Of a stretch of DNA of 64,000 bases, positions 1 to 10,320 are shown in pieces; within the stretch, counting starts at the first letter, position 1, and each line of letters opens with the position of its first letter. The position numbers and the translations under genes were made by a program. The notes under the pieces were generated by a model. It searched no databases. It saw only the letters and a list, made by a program, of their open reading frames with translations, and was not told the DNA's origin. Origin of the DNA: Parachlamydiales bacterium (GTDB lineage: Bacteria; Chlamydiota; Chlamydiia; Chlamydiales; JAJFMK01); NCBI GenBank assembly GCA_963765145.1, contig CAVXVG010000036.1, positions 21,003 to 85,002 on the forward strand, written 5' to 3'.

Positions 1-1770
1 ATAGCACTCCACTTCCCTGTTACCGGCACTTTTCTCTCGATACGCGAGCTTTATAAAAAAGCTGATGCGGATAAAAAATACCATGGAGAAATTGGAGAGC
101 AATACGCTTCACTTGCTGATCGCTATTTTGCATTAAAAAGTTATCCTGAAATCCGTTGTACACTTGTATGGGGTTTTGGGGAAATGGCCTTATTGGGCCT
201 CCATTACTATAAACAATCCAAAGGGGCAGATCTTTACAAACAAGCTTGCAATGAGACTGATCCGGCTGTTGCTATTGAGCTGCTGAAAAAGTCGGCTAAT
301 CAATACCGATTTAGCGATGCGATTTATCTGTTAGGAACCTACTACAGAGATGGTAATGGTGTTCCTGCTGACGCCGATCTTGCCCTCGCCTATTTCCATG
401 AAGCTGCAGCGCTTGGAGACCAACGTTCTCAGATTGCCCTTGGCAACCTCTACCTTTCAGGTTTAGGAGAACACATTCCACAAGATCTTCAAAAAGCACT
501 GCTCTACTTTCACAAAGCAAATGGAGGAAAGAACAACTCTCTCGCCCATTTTGCAAAATACAGGGAAGATTTTGTTCACCTTTTGTTTAAATTTGGGACC
601 GGCCGACAAGATGTTTTAGATTTTATTGCTCGTGCAAACGACCGTTTTGACGTCGATTTTTCTCTTTCAGATGACCTTGTGGTCTCTCTTGCTCTTGCTT
701 TTAGAAACGATAAGCTGCCGATGGGGTTTAAAGATGATGCAGAAAAGTTATTGAGATGCGCAGCACACCACCTTCCAAACGAACGACAGAAAGCAGATAT
801 CTTTTATCTATTGGCTCATAGCACCAATAAATGGTCCGATTATGAAAGTGCGGCTACCTTTGGTCACCGCCCTGCAGCATTCGAACTTTCTATATTGAAA
901 CGGGACCATGCGCTTACTTTGGAACACGGAGACCAAAGACATCAGCTTTTGCAACAAGCTTTCATGCTACTGGCCAAAATCCCTCCTCAAGAACTAGAGA
1001 AAGATTATAAAACTGCCATTTTGCTCGGTCACTATTATCTAGGATTTGGTTCAGAAAAGCCCCAATTCGACAAGGCCCTTGATTGTTACAAATTGGCACT
1101 AAATGGGTGTTTAGAGGCAGAAAAGTTCAAAATCCAGTTTCTGATAGGTTTTGCAGCTATTTTGCAAGAGATGGAGCTTAAAAATACCCAAGCCTTCGAT
1201 ACGCTCCATAGAGCCTTAAAAAATGAAGCATCCTTATGGAAGCACCTTCCTTTAGAAGATTTAAGCTCTTTGCCTCTTGTAACTGCTATTCATCTTTTAG
1301 AAAGCGAGCAAGACACACGTACGGCTCAACAATTGTTTGAGCTGTGTGTCAGGCAGCCTGAACAAAGCATGAAATTGATCTCTTATTATTCTCTAAGCCG
1401 TCTAGATGTTGCAAGACGGCAAGAACATCTAGAGCAATGTTTGAAGCTAGATCCACACCATTACCGGGCTAGAATGGACCTTTTCACTCATTTAAAGGAC
1501 ATTAACACGCAATTGGCAGATTTTTATTTGCAACCGGCTCTTGATGCAGTTATTCCTGAGGCGCTTTATCTCAAAGCCCTTTACATCATCAGCCAAGCCG
1601 ATAAGCTGATTCAACAAAAAGGGGGCGGCTTTGGCTTTGGTCAAGGACAAACGCAAGACAGCCAACGCAAAGCTTTGCTCCTTCAAGCGCGCGATTTTAT
1701 GGTCCCTGCAGCCAGGGCCGGCTTCGAGCCAGCCCGCCAATCCTGCCTCACCCAAGGCTGGAGTTATTAA
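1..1770 (+). CDS. Sel1/TPR-repeat protein, 5' end outside window
   Basis: Frame +1 is open from base 1 to TAA 1770. Sel1-type repeats are present (AIYLLGTYYRDGNGVPADADLALAYFHEAAALGD; SQIALGNLYLSGLG). Confidence 0.8.
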   Translation: MALHFPVTGTFLSIRELYKKADADKKYHGEIGEQYASLADRYFALKSYPEIRCTLVWGFGEMALLGLHYYKQSKGADLYKQACNETDPAVAIELLKKSANQYRFSDAIYLLGTYYRDGNGVPADADLALAYFHEAAALGDQRSQIALGNLYLSGLGEHIPQDLQKALLYFHKANGGKNNSLAHFAKYREDFVHLLFKFGTGRQDVLDFIARANDRFDVDFSLSDDLVVSLALAFRNDKLPMGFKDDAEKLLRCAAHHLPNERQKADIFYLLAHSTNKWSDYESAATFGHRPAAFELSILKRDHALTLEHGDQRHQLLQQAFMLLAKIPPQELEKDYKTAILLGHYYLGFGSEKPQFDKALDCYKLALNGCLEAEKFKIQFLIGFAAILQEMELKNTQAFDTLHRALKNEASLWKHLPLEDLSSLPLVTAIHLLESEQDTRTAQQLFELCVRQPEQSMKLISYYSLSRLDVARRQEHLEQCLKLDPHHYRARMDLFTHLKDINTQLADFYLQPALDAVIPEALYLKALYIISQADKLIQQKGGGFGFGQGQTQDSQRKALLLQARDFMVPAARAGFEPARQSCLTQGWSY

Positions 1771-1777
1771 AATTGCA

Positions 1778-2037
1778 TAATTAACCACAGAGGCAGTGAG
1801 ATCACAGAGGAAATTTGAGAGCATTGAGACGGGTTGTTTTTTTCAAATTTTCACTCTGCGCCTCTGCGTTTAAATTTTAGATGTTTTTTTTCCGCGCATT
1901 TTTGTGATAAAAAGATCAATTAAATTTAAACGCAGAGGCGCAGAGAAAAAGCGAAATTACTGAGTTTTCTCATCAAAAGGATTGGTCTCAATGCTCTCAA
2001 ATTTCCTCTGTGATCTCAGTGCCTCAGTGGTTAATTA
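1778..2037. repeat. Palindromic miniature element (AACCACAGAG/AACGCAGAG type) with nested inner inverted repeat
   Basis: 53-bp outer arms 1778-1830 / 1985-2037 (2 mismatches). Inner arms CTCTGCGCCTCTGCGTTTAAATTT / AAATTTAAACGCAGAGGCGCAGAG. Confidence 0.9.
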
Positions 2038-3825
2038 ATGCTTTTGGGATTGGATCCAGGTGTAGATGGTGGTGGCGACAGGTTTGGTCATGGAAGGGGC
2101 GGCAAGAATGTCTTCTAAGCTTGCCTTTAGAAGCCTATCGAGGCTGCCAAAATGAGTGAGAAGTGCTTTCTTTCTTTTGGGACCAATACCAGGCACTTCA
2201 TCCAAAACACTTTTCGTTAATTGTTTTGACCGCCCTTTCTTGTGAAGAGTGATCGCCTTTCTGTGGGCTTCATCCCTTATTCTTTGCAAAAAGTGGAGCA
2301 ATGAAGAATGACGCTCTAAAAAGATCGGGTCTTTCTGGTGGGGCAAATAGACCCCTTCTTGAGTCATTCCCTTATCGTGCCTCCCCTCTTCTTTAACTAG
2401 CGAGATAATGTCTACCGTAGGGATTTGCAATTCTTTCAATACCTGAATCGCTTGGGTTAACTGTCCCTTTCCCCCGTCCACAATGATCAAATCGGGTAAA
2501 AGTTCTTCCTCTTTTCCTTTGCGGTATCTTCTTTGCAGCACCTCTTTTAAAGCCTGGTAATCGTCTCCTGCCTCAGTTGTCCGAATGTTGTAGGTCCGAT
2601 ATCCCTTTCTATAAGATTCGGCCGCTTGGAAAGTGACCATCGAAGCCGTAGGATGCGCACCCGCCATATGGGAAGTATCAAAACATTCAATATGGAACGG
2701 ATAGTTTGATAGGCGGAATAGCTCTTGCATCTTGAGCAACAGTTTTTCTTTTTCTGCTGCCTTGCCTTGCTTTTGTCTAAATCCTTCTAAGGCATTTTCT
2801 GCAGCCATTTTTAACAGAGCCATCTTGCTGCCTTTCTTCGGAAAAACAACTGGCAACAGCTCCTCTATCCCCTTCGACAAAGCAATCGGCACTAAAATAG
2901 ATTCCGGCGGTGCCAAAGTACCATAATATTGCATCAAGGCAGATTCTAAAAGGTCGGAATCCTCATCTAAAACCCCCTGAAAAGGGTAATGAGAGGCAGA
3001 AGACAACTCCCCTTCAGAAAAATGGAGTCTCGTTAACATCCCTGACTCCCCTTCCCGGTAATAGCCCCACACATCGATCGTTTCAAAATGGGTCAGATGG
3101 ACGTGTTGCTTCTCCACCGTTTTTTCAATCGCCCGGACTTTATCTAGTATCTCTTGGGCCTTTTCAAACTCTAAACCCTCTGCCGCCTCTTCCATTTTCT
3201 GTAGCAGCTGGTCGATCACATCTTTGTTATACCCTCGGATAAACCGAATGGCCTTTTTCAACTCTTCCTGGTACTCATCAGAGGTACATTTTTTGACACA
3301 AGGGGCCAAACAGCGCCCCATGTCGTACAATATACAAGGGCGTGTTCTGCGCAAAAGCTCTTGGTCAGAACATTGCCTCAATTTAAAAAGGCGGTGCACT
3401 TCATCCAACATTTTTCTGGCCTGAAAGGCGCTTGGATAGGGGCCAAAAATCATTTCTCTTTTTTTAACTTGGTCCCTGGCCCTTACTAAAAGGACTTTAG
3501 GCCAAGGATGTTCAACGTTGACCTTCAGCGCAACAAAGCTTTTGTCGTCCTTCAGCAAGACGTTGTAGGCCGGCTGATACTTTTTGATCAGATTGCTTTC
3601 TAAAAGGAGGGCCTCTTTTTCGCTTGAAACGACGATCGTTTCGATCTGTTCCACTTTTTCCATTAAAAAAGGGATCTGAGGCCGAGTGTCGGTTAAAGTG
3701 ATGTATTGTCGAATTCTACTTTTTAGATCTTTTGCCTTCCCCACGTAGAGGACGACACCTTTCGAGCGCATGACATATACGCCCGGTTTTTGAGGAAGAT
3801 CTTTTAAGAATTCAACATGAAGCAC
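2035..3825 (-). CDS. uvrC: Excinuclease ABC subunit C
   Basis: GIY-YIG start (PGVY...LYVGKAKDL), DGGKGQ, RIRDEAHR and C-terminal HhH (VPGIGPKR). Confidence 0.97.
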   Translation of the reverse strand: MLHVEFLKDLPQKPGVYVMRSKGVVLYVGKAKDLKSRIRQYITLTDTRPQIPFLMEKVEQIETIVVSSEKEALLLESNLIKKYQPAYNVLLKDDKSFVALKVNVEHPWPKVLLVRARDQVKKREMIFGPYPSAFQARKMLDEVHRLFKLRQCSDQELLRRTRPCILYDMGRCLAPCVKKCTSDEYQEELKKAIRFIRGYNKDVIDQLLQKMEEAAEGLEFEKAQEILDKVRAIEKTVEKQHVHLTHFETIDVWGYYREGESGMLTRLHFSEGELSSASHYPFQGVLDEDSDLLESALMQYYGTLAPPESILVPIALSKGIEELLPVVFPKKGSKMALLKMAAENALEGFRQKQGKAAEKEKLLLKMQELFRLSNYPFHIECFDTSHMAGAHPTASMVTFQAAESYRKGYRTYNIRTTEAGDDYQALKEVLQRRYRKGKEEELLPDLIIVDGGKGQLTQAIQVLKELQIPTVDIISLVKEEGRHDKGMTQEGVYLPHQKDPIFLERHSSLLHFLQRIRDEAHRKAITLHKKGRSKQLTKSVLDEVPGIGPKRKKALLTHFGSLDRLLKASLEDILAAPSMTKPVATTIYTWIQSQKH

Positions 3826-4882
3826 TTAAAGGGAGTACAGATTGTGGAGGGTTTTGGTAGGCCAATTGACCACAGGCAGCCGCAATGTCATCCCCTTTTG
3901 TCCATCTGCAGGTATTTGGGATTTTGCAACCAAATAAAACAGAACGGAAGGCTTTGATCTCTTTTCCTGAAGGACGATTGAGTCGAACACCGGGAACCGG
4001 GTTGTAAGGAATTAAATTGACGGTGCAGTGGCGCCCTTTGACGAGGTGGGCCAATTCAAAGGCGTGGTCGGGATGGTCGTTGATCCCTTCGATGAGGGTG
4101 TATTCGTAAGTGATGTCGCGCCCAGTCTTTTTGTGGTAGGTATCCATCGCCTTCATGATATCTGCCAGTTCATATTTTCTGGCATAAGGAATGATCTTTT
4201 TTCGGATGTGTTGGTTAGGGGCGTGGAGAGAAAGGACCAGGTTGACTTTGATCCCCTCACCGGAGAGCCGCTCGATCCCTTCGACGATTCCGACTGTTGA
4301 AACAGTGATCCGTCTGTCAGACAAATTGAGCTTGGCAGGATCGGTCAGCTGTCGAATGGCCGATATAACGGGGTCGTAGTTCTTTAGAGGTTCGCCCATC
4401 CCCATGAAAACGACGTGGGAGACACGCTCTCCCTTCTGCTGAAGTTCGGCATTGATCCGGACAACTTGGTCATAAATTTCGTGGGCAGAAAGGTTACGGA
4501 AAAAGCCCATCTTCCCAGAGGCGCAAAAAGCACAGGCTGCAGGGCAACCGACTTGCGAGGAAACACAGACGGTCCGTCTTTTTCCGGAGAGAATCAAGAC
4601 CGACTCAACCCTTTTACCATCTGACAATTCCCACAGGTATTTGACTGTCTCTTGGTCATTCGATTCGGTTTTTGTGACAAAAGTTAGACTGGAGAGGGTC
4701 AACACTTCATCGAGTTTTTCTCTCAAAGTCTTGGAAAGATTCTCCATTTTATCAAAGGAAAGTACCTTTTTTTCATAGACCCAATCCCAAACCTGATCGG
4801 CCCGGAACTTCGGTTCTCCGAGGGCTAGAATTTTCTCGGCCAGCTCTAGTTTGGTCAATGTGGTAAAGGGAATCTTTTTCAT
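3812..4882 (-). CDS. rlmN: Dual-specificity 23S rRNA/tRNA m2A methyltransferase (radical SAM)
   Basis: CVSSQVGCPAACAFCASG, MGMGEPL and DIAAACGQL. Start placed at ATG 4882. Confidence 0.97.
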   Translation of the reverse strand: MKKIPFTTLTKLELAEKILALGEPKFRADQVWDWVYEKKVLSFDKMENLSKTLREKLDEVLTLSSLTFVTKTESNDQETVKYLWELSDGKRVESVLILSGKRRTVCVSSQVGCPAACAFCASGKMGFFRNLSAHEIYDQVVRINAELQQKGERVSHVVFMGMGEPLKNYDPVISAIRQLTDPAKLNLSDRRITVSTVGIVEGIERLSGEGIKVNLVLSLHAPNQHIRKKIIPYARKYELADIMKAMDTYHKKTGRDITYEYTLIEGINDHPDHAFELAHLVKGRHCTVNLIPYNPVPGVRLNRPSGKEIKAFRSVLFGCKIPNTCRWTKGDDIAAACGQLAYQNPPQSVLPLSASC

Positions 4883-4951
4883 GCAAATAACAATAACATA
4901 ATAATTTATATTAATAGAATCTTTAAAATTTTTCGCTATACTCTTCACCTT

Positions 4952-6316
4952 ATGGTTTACCTAACGCCCTCATCCTTAATACCCTTTTTCCTTCCGGAAA
5001 AGGCCGAGACCTTACGGAATTGCTTAAATTCAATAGCAAATAAAAGTGAAAAAGGGGCTATCCCTGCATTCGCAGCAAGAATCTACGCCCTTTCCATCCC
5101 TCTATTTTCTCTTGCTCATGCTCCTCTTTTTGTCTTAAGGGGGCTGACAGGAAGTTTGTCTTTTGCTTTAGAGGGTGAGTTTACCAAAGCTGCTGTCAAA
5201 CTGAAAAGCGAGATGACCCATGCAATGCAAGTGCTTGCTTTTGCCGTCACTGCCATTGTTTGGTCGCTGACCGGCCTCTTTTTTGGTTCAAAAGTTCTCA
5301 CTTTCTGGAGAACCGAGCCTCTGGTTAAAGTCGATAAAATTGCAACTTTAACTTCTGAAAAAGAGGGACTTTCAACACAACTAAGCACAGTTCTAAATGC
5401 AAACGCCATTTTAACGAAGAAATTGGACGATACTGTATCTCAACACAAATCGGTAAGTTGCGAAAAAGAGAAATTGGCGGAAGAGTTCAATCTAAAAGTA
5501 CAGGAAAATAATCAGCTGACTGAAGACTTGAGAAGACAATTACAAGATGCTCAACAAGAGTCCCGCAATTTAAGCCAAAAGTATGAGGCCTTTCTCGAAG
5601 AATACCGATCGATGAAAGCCAAAAGTGAAGAAGAGCAAAACGCTTTAATTGATAAATTACTACAAGAAGCAAAAGAGATTGAGCGTCTGGAAAGTTCGAA
5701 TAAGGAACTTCTGGAAAATCAGGAACGGCTTGAAAAAGAGTTGTTAGATTCTCTTGGCTATGACGACCTGGGTGATTTGAGCTTTAGCGGCTCAGGAACA
5801 GCTACGCCCCCTGAAGGACGGCACGATGCCTTCGAAACTCTATTGGATCAGCTTCTTGACGATAAAAGGTCACTGCCGGTTTGGCAAATCCACAATAAAG
5901 GGGGTGTTTTTAAAGTTTCTACTCAAACTGTAGAAAAGCTCGACCCTTTTACTGCCTCTGTCCTCACTTTCATGCTCATCAAGGGATATGAAAGATCTAA
6001 AAAAGGTACGGACGAATTCGAACAATTCAATCAATTGATTGGTGCAATAAACACAATAGTTTCTCAGTTTCATCAAGATCAAAAAGAACTTGAAGTTCAC
6101 TCTCTTCTACAAACACTTACGCTTGCAGAAAGCATGCCTGATACCACACCGGGCGACTCTGTGCAGGATCTTGTAAATCTCATCATTGGTAACCGCACTG
6201 AAAAGGGCTATTCACCACCCGTTCGTGAGAGCAGATATAGCCTTAAAAGAACTCAAAGCCCTATTTGGCGATGCAATTGTGTACGAGATCCTTGGCTACT
6301 ACGCTCTTACAAGTGA
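4952..6316 (+). CDS. Membrane-anchored coiled-coil protein (Inc-like N-terminus); probably the 5' part of a frameshifted lipase gene
   Basis: Two hydrophobic stretches in the first ~120 aa, then a long E/K/Q-rich coiled coil. Overlaps the next ORF by 131 bp in another frame. Confidence 0.6.
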   Translation: MVYLTPSSLIPFFLPEKAETLRNCLNSIANKSEKGAIPAFAARIYALSIPLFSLAHAPLFVLRGLTGSLSFALEGEFTKAAVKLKSEMTHAMQVLAFAVTAIVWSLTGLFFGSKVLTFWRTEPLVKVDKIATLTSEKEGLSTQLSTVLNANAILTKKLDDTVSQHKSVSCEKEKLAEEFNLKVQENNQLTEDLRRQLQDAQQESRNLSQKYEAFLEEYRSMKAKSEEEQNALIDKLLQEAKEIERLESSNKELLENQERLEKELLDSLGYDDLGDLSFSGSGTATPPEGRHDAFETLLDQLLDDKRSLPVWQIHNKGGVFKVSTQTVEKLDPFTASVLTFMLIKGYERSKKGTDEFEQFNQLIGAINTIVSQFHQDQKELEVHSLLQTLTLAESMPDTTPGDSVQDLVNLIIGNRTEKGYSPPVRESRYSLKRTQSPIWRCNCVRDPWLLRSYK

Positions 6317-7415
6317 AAAGTTGTTGAATGCAAGAGATCTGGCCATGTTAGTTGTCGGTATTGCTGCCAATATCGATTTACCCACTGCCCAACATCTGTT
6401 TAAAACAGAGGACGAAGTTGAGATTACCGAAAAGCTAATGGCCTTAAGAAGATCAGTGCTTGCCTTTGCAAACGACAACATTCTCGTCCCTTCTGTTAAC
6501 CAAGACAAACAACTGAAAAAAGATTTGGCATTGCTTGATGCTTTGGTCAAAGTGGGAACTGAAGATGAGACCGCCACCCAATTTAAAAACCCAAAAAGAT
6601 TAGCTTGCCTCGAATATTTAGCTCGCGATTTAGCCTACTACCTCTTTGACCCTTCTTTTTCTAATTTTAACCTCACAGGCGGGGGTGTCACTCAATTCAA
6701 AGAAAACATGCTGGTCTCCGTAGCCGGCTTGACCTCTGAACCGCGCCTACACCAAGTACACCTACTTATCAGAGAAGAAGGGGTCTATGGGGTGACTTTA
6801 TTGCCTGTTACACCAAACGATGGAGATGAAGGGATCATCCTCTTCAGAGGAACATTCGATTTGGCCTCCACATGCCGAGATATAGGTTTTTGGGAAAGGG
6901 AGACGAAAGAACTTTGGGAAGGCCCTGGAGCTAAGTCTTACAAAAAACATGAAGCCGTAATTCTTCAAAATTTTAAAAAGGCAATAGAAGTAAAAAATAT
7001 CAAAAATTGGATCGGAGTGGGTCACAGCTTAGGTGGCAGTGATCTTTGCCGTTTTATCAATTCAGTTACCTCAGAAAATGGTGTAACCCTGGGAAAGATC
7101 GATCTCTTTACCTTCAATGCACCCCATGTTGAGGGAAAAACACGGGAACAGTTCTATAAAAAAATCGGTCAGCATACTGATTGTCGATTTTTTGCGACCC
7201 ATTTTGAAGGACAAGGGGATATCGTTCCTCGCTTTGGTAGTAAACTAGCTAGTGATGCTCATTCGGCAACCTATATTTTTAAACAGGAAAAAGCTAGCAA
7301 AGGGTATGTTTCGGCCCATACCAACCCGTGGTTTACTAAAGGAGGAGATCCAACCCTTCATACGGCCCCTTTAGTAAGACAGGGCGAACTTGCTGAAATG
7401 GATAGTGTTATTTAA
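6186..7415 (+). CDS. Class 3 lipase-like alpha/beta hydrolase domain
   Basis: ILFRGT, nucleophile elbow GHSLGG, FTFNAP and GDIVP motifs. Confidence 0.8.
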   Translation: MVTALKRAIHHPFVRADIALKELKALFGDAIVYEILGYYALTSEKLLNARDLAMLVVGIAANIDLPTAQHLFKTEDEVEITEKLMALRRSVLAFANDNILVPSVNQDKQLKKDLALLDALVKVGTEDETATQFKNPKRLACLEYLARDLAYYLFDPSFSNFNLTGGGVTQFKENMLVSVAGLTSEPRLHQVHLLIREEGVYGVTLLPVTPNDGDEGIILFRGTFDLASTCRDIGFWERETKELWEGPGAKSYKKHEAVILQNFKKAIEVKNIKNWIGVGHSLGGSDLCRFINSVTSENGVTLGKIDLFTFNAPHVEGKTREQFYKKIGQHTDCRFFATHFEGQGDIVPRFGSKLASDAHSATYIFKQEKASKGYVSAHTNPWFTKGGDPTLHTAPLVRQGELAEMDSVI

Positions 7416-7472
7416 GCTTGAGCCCTTAAGGGTGAAAATCTTAATATGCTAGCTTCTAACCCAAGGAATCTC

Positions 7473-7883
7473 ATGTTTTCTTACCTACTCGCTGCTGCTT
7501 TAATTGTGACAATGCCAATGATGGCAGAGTGCAATTGCTCTCCTGAAAAAATCGAAGCCTTAAGGGCAAAATTGAGAGCAGAAGGCGCAACGGATGAAAA
7601 AGTCAAAGCAGTGAACTGTGAAGACGTTTGCGAAGCTGAAAAGCCACTTGCCGATGCAAGTCAAGGCCGCGACGAATCTAAAGAAGATGGTTCGCAACTA
7701 GCTAATTCAAATCACGAACGCGACGAATCGAACGAAGGTTCGCAACTAGCTAATTCAAGCCAAGGACGCGATGAATCTAAAGAAGGTTCGCAACTAGCTT
7801 GTGAAGATTGCACAGAAACAGAGCAAGAAACAGAACTGTTAGCCGGCTGCGACTGTGGCAAAAAAGGCAAAGGCAGAAGCTAG
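7473..7883 (+). CDS. Small secreted Cys-containing protein with 16-aa tandem repeats
   Basis: Signal-like MFSYLLAAALIVTMPMMA after AAGGA. Repeats GSQLANS..RDES.E. CxC and CxxC motifs. Confidence 0.75.
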   Translation: MFSYLLAAALIVTMPMMAECNCSPEKIEALRAKLRAEGATDEKVKAVNCEDVCEAEKPLADASQGRDESKEDGSQLANSNHERDESNEGSQLANSSQGRDESKEGSQLACEDCTETEQETELLAGCDCGKKGKGRS

Positions 7884-7898
7884 ATTTTTTACAGTTTC

Positions 7899-8143
7899 TA
7901 ACGCCTGAAAGGCGTTTTGGATTGTAGCCCAGGGTAAGCGCAGCGCAACCCTGGGTAATTGGACATATAGCAATGTGCACCCACGAATGTGGGTGCCGGA
8001 TATTTTCTTAGGCGATATATTCCCCTAACGATGAGACTTTTGCCGGCACCCACATTCGTGGGTGCCTTTTTTTGATAATTACCTATCCCAGGGTTGCGCT
8101 GCGCTTACCCTGGGCTACAATCCAAAACGCCTTTCAGGCGTTA
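7899..8143. repeat. Palindromic element, family A (AGCCCAGGGT...ACCCTGGGCT), copy 1
   Basis: ~57-bp terminal inverted arms plus internal GCACCCACGAATGTGGGTGC hairpins. Near-identical copies at 10321 and 58423. Confidence 0.92.
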
Positions 8144-8164
8144 CAATTTACATATTTGCGAATT

Positions 8165-9937
8165 TTAAAAATCTAGTACAGGAAGTTCGGGAGGGGTTTT
8201 GTGCAACTGGTCGAATAGCTTAGCAAGAGCAAGCGATTCCTCATCTGAACCCATTTGGATTTTTTCCCTAATCTCTTCCTTCTGATACAGCCATTCCCTA
8301 TCCAGCAACCGTTTGATAGCTAGCGGATAGAGCTCTTTCACCTTCTCACTGTCGACCTTTCTTGCTAACAGATGAGAAAATGCCAACTCCTCTTGCTGAT
8401 TGTCAAAAAGATAGGCCACCTCTATCAAAGTGAACGGCAAACTTGCTTGGTACCGTTTTTTTCCCTCAATAAAAAGCCTTTGAGTCAATGGATTGCGAAA
8501 GTGACCATCCTTCAGCTTATCGTAGGCCAATTGCCGGTGTTCATTTTTTTGAAGGCGGAATAGCCAGACGATCAAATCCCCTTCTAGAATCAGGTCAGGG
8601 TCAATCATCGTAGTGCCAAGTGGCTCTGTCCTTCGATAACGAAAAGTGGGTTGTATCCCTTGTGTAATCCCCATCAAGCTTTCTGATATACCGGCAAGGG
8701 CTGCCACTTTTTTTAGACTTTCATGCACCATTAAAGGAGAATTCCACCCTCTGATCTGCTCTGAAAGGGCTTGGACAAATCTGTTTTTAGTCGCCGGCAA
8801 TGTTAAATCTTGCCGTGTCTTTTCAAGACGGAATAAAAAGGTTAAATAATCTTCCGATTGTTCTAATAGTTCAGCAAAAAGGGGCATCCCATTGGCTTTA
8901 ACAAAAGAATCGGGATCCTCTCCAGGCGGCAATGTGGGCACCCACACCTCTATTCCCTCTTTTTGAAACAGATCCCCCACTTTTTTGGTCGCCTCGATGC
9001 CGGCCTTATCCCCGTCAAAAGCAAGATACACTTCGCGAACCCCCAGCCGCACTAGCTCTTTAACATGCCCTGCACCAAATGCAGTTCCTAAAGAGGCCAC
9101 AGTAAGGTCTAACCCCCCTTCAATCAGGCGCAGTGCATCGAGCTGCCCTTCAACAATAATTGCCTTTTGCTCTTTAGCAATCCGCTTTCTTGACCAAGCC
9201 ATCCCAAAAAGATAGTGCGATTTTTTGAAAAGAGGTGTTTCGGTGGTGTTGATGTATTTGCCGCCAAAGGTTTCTTCTTTGAATTTTCTAGCCGAAAACC
9301 CAACGACTCCACCTTGTGGGGTCAGAAGAGGAAACATGATACGATCGAGAAAAAAGTCGCGCCATTTTCCATTTTGAGTCTCTGTTACAAGACCTGCTTC
9401 AACTAAAAGATCGCGAGAAAACCCTTCAGAGCTTAGCCATTTCAACAAAAAGGAGGGATGATCTGGAGCATAGCCGATGCCAAACCTTTCAATTAACTCT
9501 CGAGAAACGCCTCTGTTGAGGAGATATTCTAAAGCAGGTCTTCCCAAAGCGCTTTCAAGCAGCAACATTTGGTACCCTTTAGCAGCCTGCTGGTGGGCCT
9601 CCAATAGCTTCTTTTTTTGCGTCCCATCCTCTTTGCCCTCGACCAGTTCAAGAGGAACTTGAAACCGTTCGGACAACGAAGAAACTGCTTCGTTGAAGGG
9701 CATGCCTGCAAAGGTTGTTAAAAAAGAGATCGCATCTCCGTGAGCCCCGCAACCAAAGCAGTGGTAGTGGTGGCTGCCCCTTTGGATGGTAAAAGAAGGG
9801 CTTTTTTCTTCATGGAAAGGGCATAGCGCCTTGTAAGAGGCGCCTGCGGCTTTTAAATCGATGTGGCTGCGGAGGAGCTCGACTAAGTCGACCTTCTCTT
9901 TTAAACGGTCGAGCGACTCCCTTGTATAAAGGGGCAC
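8165..9937 (-). CDS. dnaG: DNA primase
   Basis: Zn finger CPFHEEKSPSF...HCFGCG, KYINT, VEGQLD, TOPRIM FDGD and EDPD. Confidence 0.97.
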   Translation of the reverse strand: MPLYTRESLDRLKEKVDLVELLRSHIDLKAAGASYKALCPFHEEKSPSFTIQRGSHHYHCFGCGAHGDAISFLTTFAGMPFNEAVSSLSERFQVPLELVEGKEDGTQKKKLLEAHQQAAKGYQMLLLESALGRPALEYLLNRGVSRELIERFGIGYAPDHPSFLLKWLSSEGFSRDLLVEAGLVTETQNGKWRDFFLDRIMFPLLTPQGGVVGFSARKFKEETFGGKYINTTETPLFKKSHYLFGMAWSRKRIAKEQKAIIVEGQLDALRLIEGGLDLTVASLGTAFGAGHVKELVRLGVREVYLAFDGDKAGIEATKKVGDLFQKEGIEVWVPTLPPGEDPDSFVKANGMPLFAELLEQSEDYLTFLFRLEKTRQDLTLPATKNRFVQALSEQIRGWNSPLMVHESLKKVAALAGISESLMGITQGIQPTFRYRRTEPLGTTMIDPDLILEGDLIVWLFRLQKNEHRQLAYDKLKDGHFRNPLTQRLFIEGKKRYQASLPFTLIEVAYLFDNQQEELAFSHLLARKVDSEKVKELYPLAIKRLLDREWLYQKEEIREKIQMGSDEESLALAKLFDQLHKTPPELPVLDF

Positions 9938-9945
9938 TTACTGTC

Positions 9946-10224
9946 TCACTGCCAGGGTTGGGTTAGCTCGTCCATGAATTGATCGGTGTTACGGCCGGGG
10001 TAACGTTGCTGGTTGTCGTTTTCATAGTTCCAGGCTTCGCCGAGATCACCGTCATAGCAGTCATATAGCATCTCGGCACAGCAGTCGTCTTCCTCATCAT
10101 CATAGTACTCATCGTCGCCATCGTAATAGGGGGCGTATGGATCAGGAAAAGCTTCATCGACCGTGAAGGCCACTTCGTTGGCCATCAAAGGAAAAATAAG
10201 AAAAAATGGAAGTAGGTAACGCAT
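9946..10224 (-). CDS. Small acidic secreted hypothetical protein
   Basis: Signal-like MRYLLPFFLIFPLMA and a D/E/Y-rich body. Ends 8 bp before the dnaG start. Confidence 0.65.
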   Translation of the reverse strand: MRYLLPFFLIFPLMANEVAFTVDEAFPDPYAPYYDGDDEYYDDEEDDCCAEMLYDCYDGDLGEAWNYENDNQQRYPGRNTDQFMDELTQPWQ

Positions 10225-10320
10225 GTCTCTATTGTGACCCGCCCCCTCTTTTTCAATCTAGTTCAAAAAAGAGCTTTTACTCCCATCCTATTACCCACAA
10301 ATTTTTTCAGGTTTGGAGTA

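Noticed and set aside
7647..7802. 48-bp repeats as a CRISPR array
   Set aside because: They are in-frame coding repeats with homologous spacers, and there are no cas genes.
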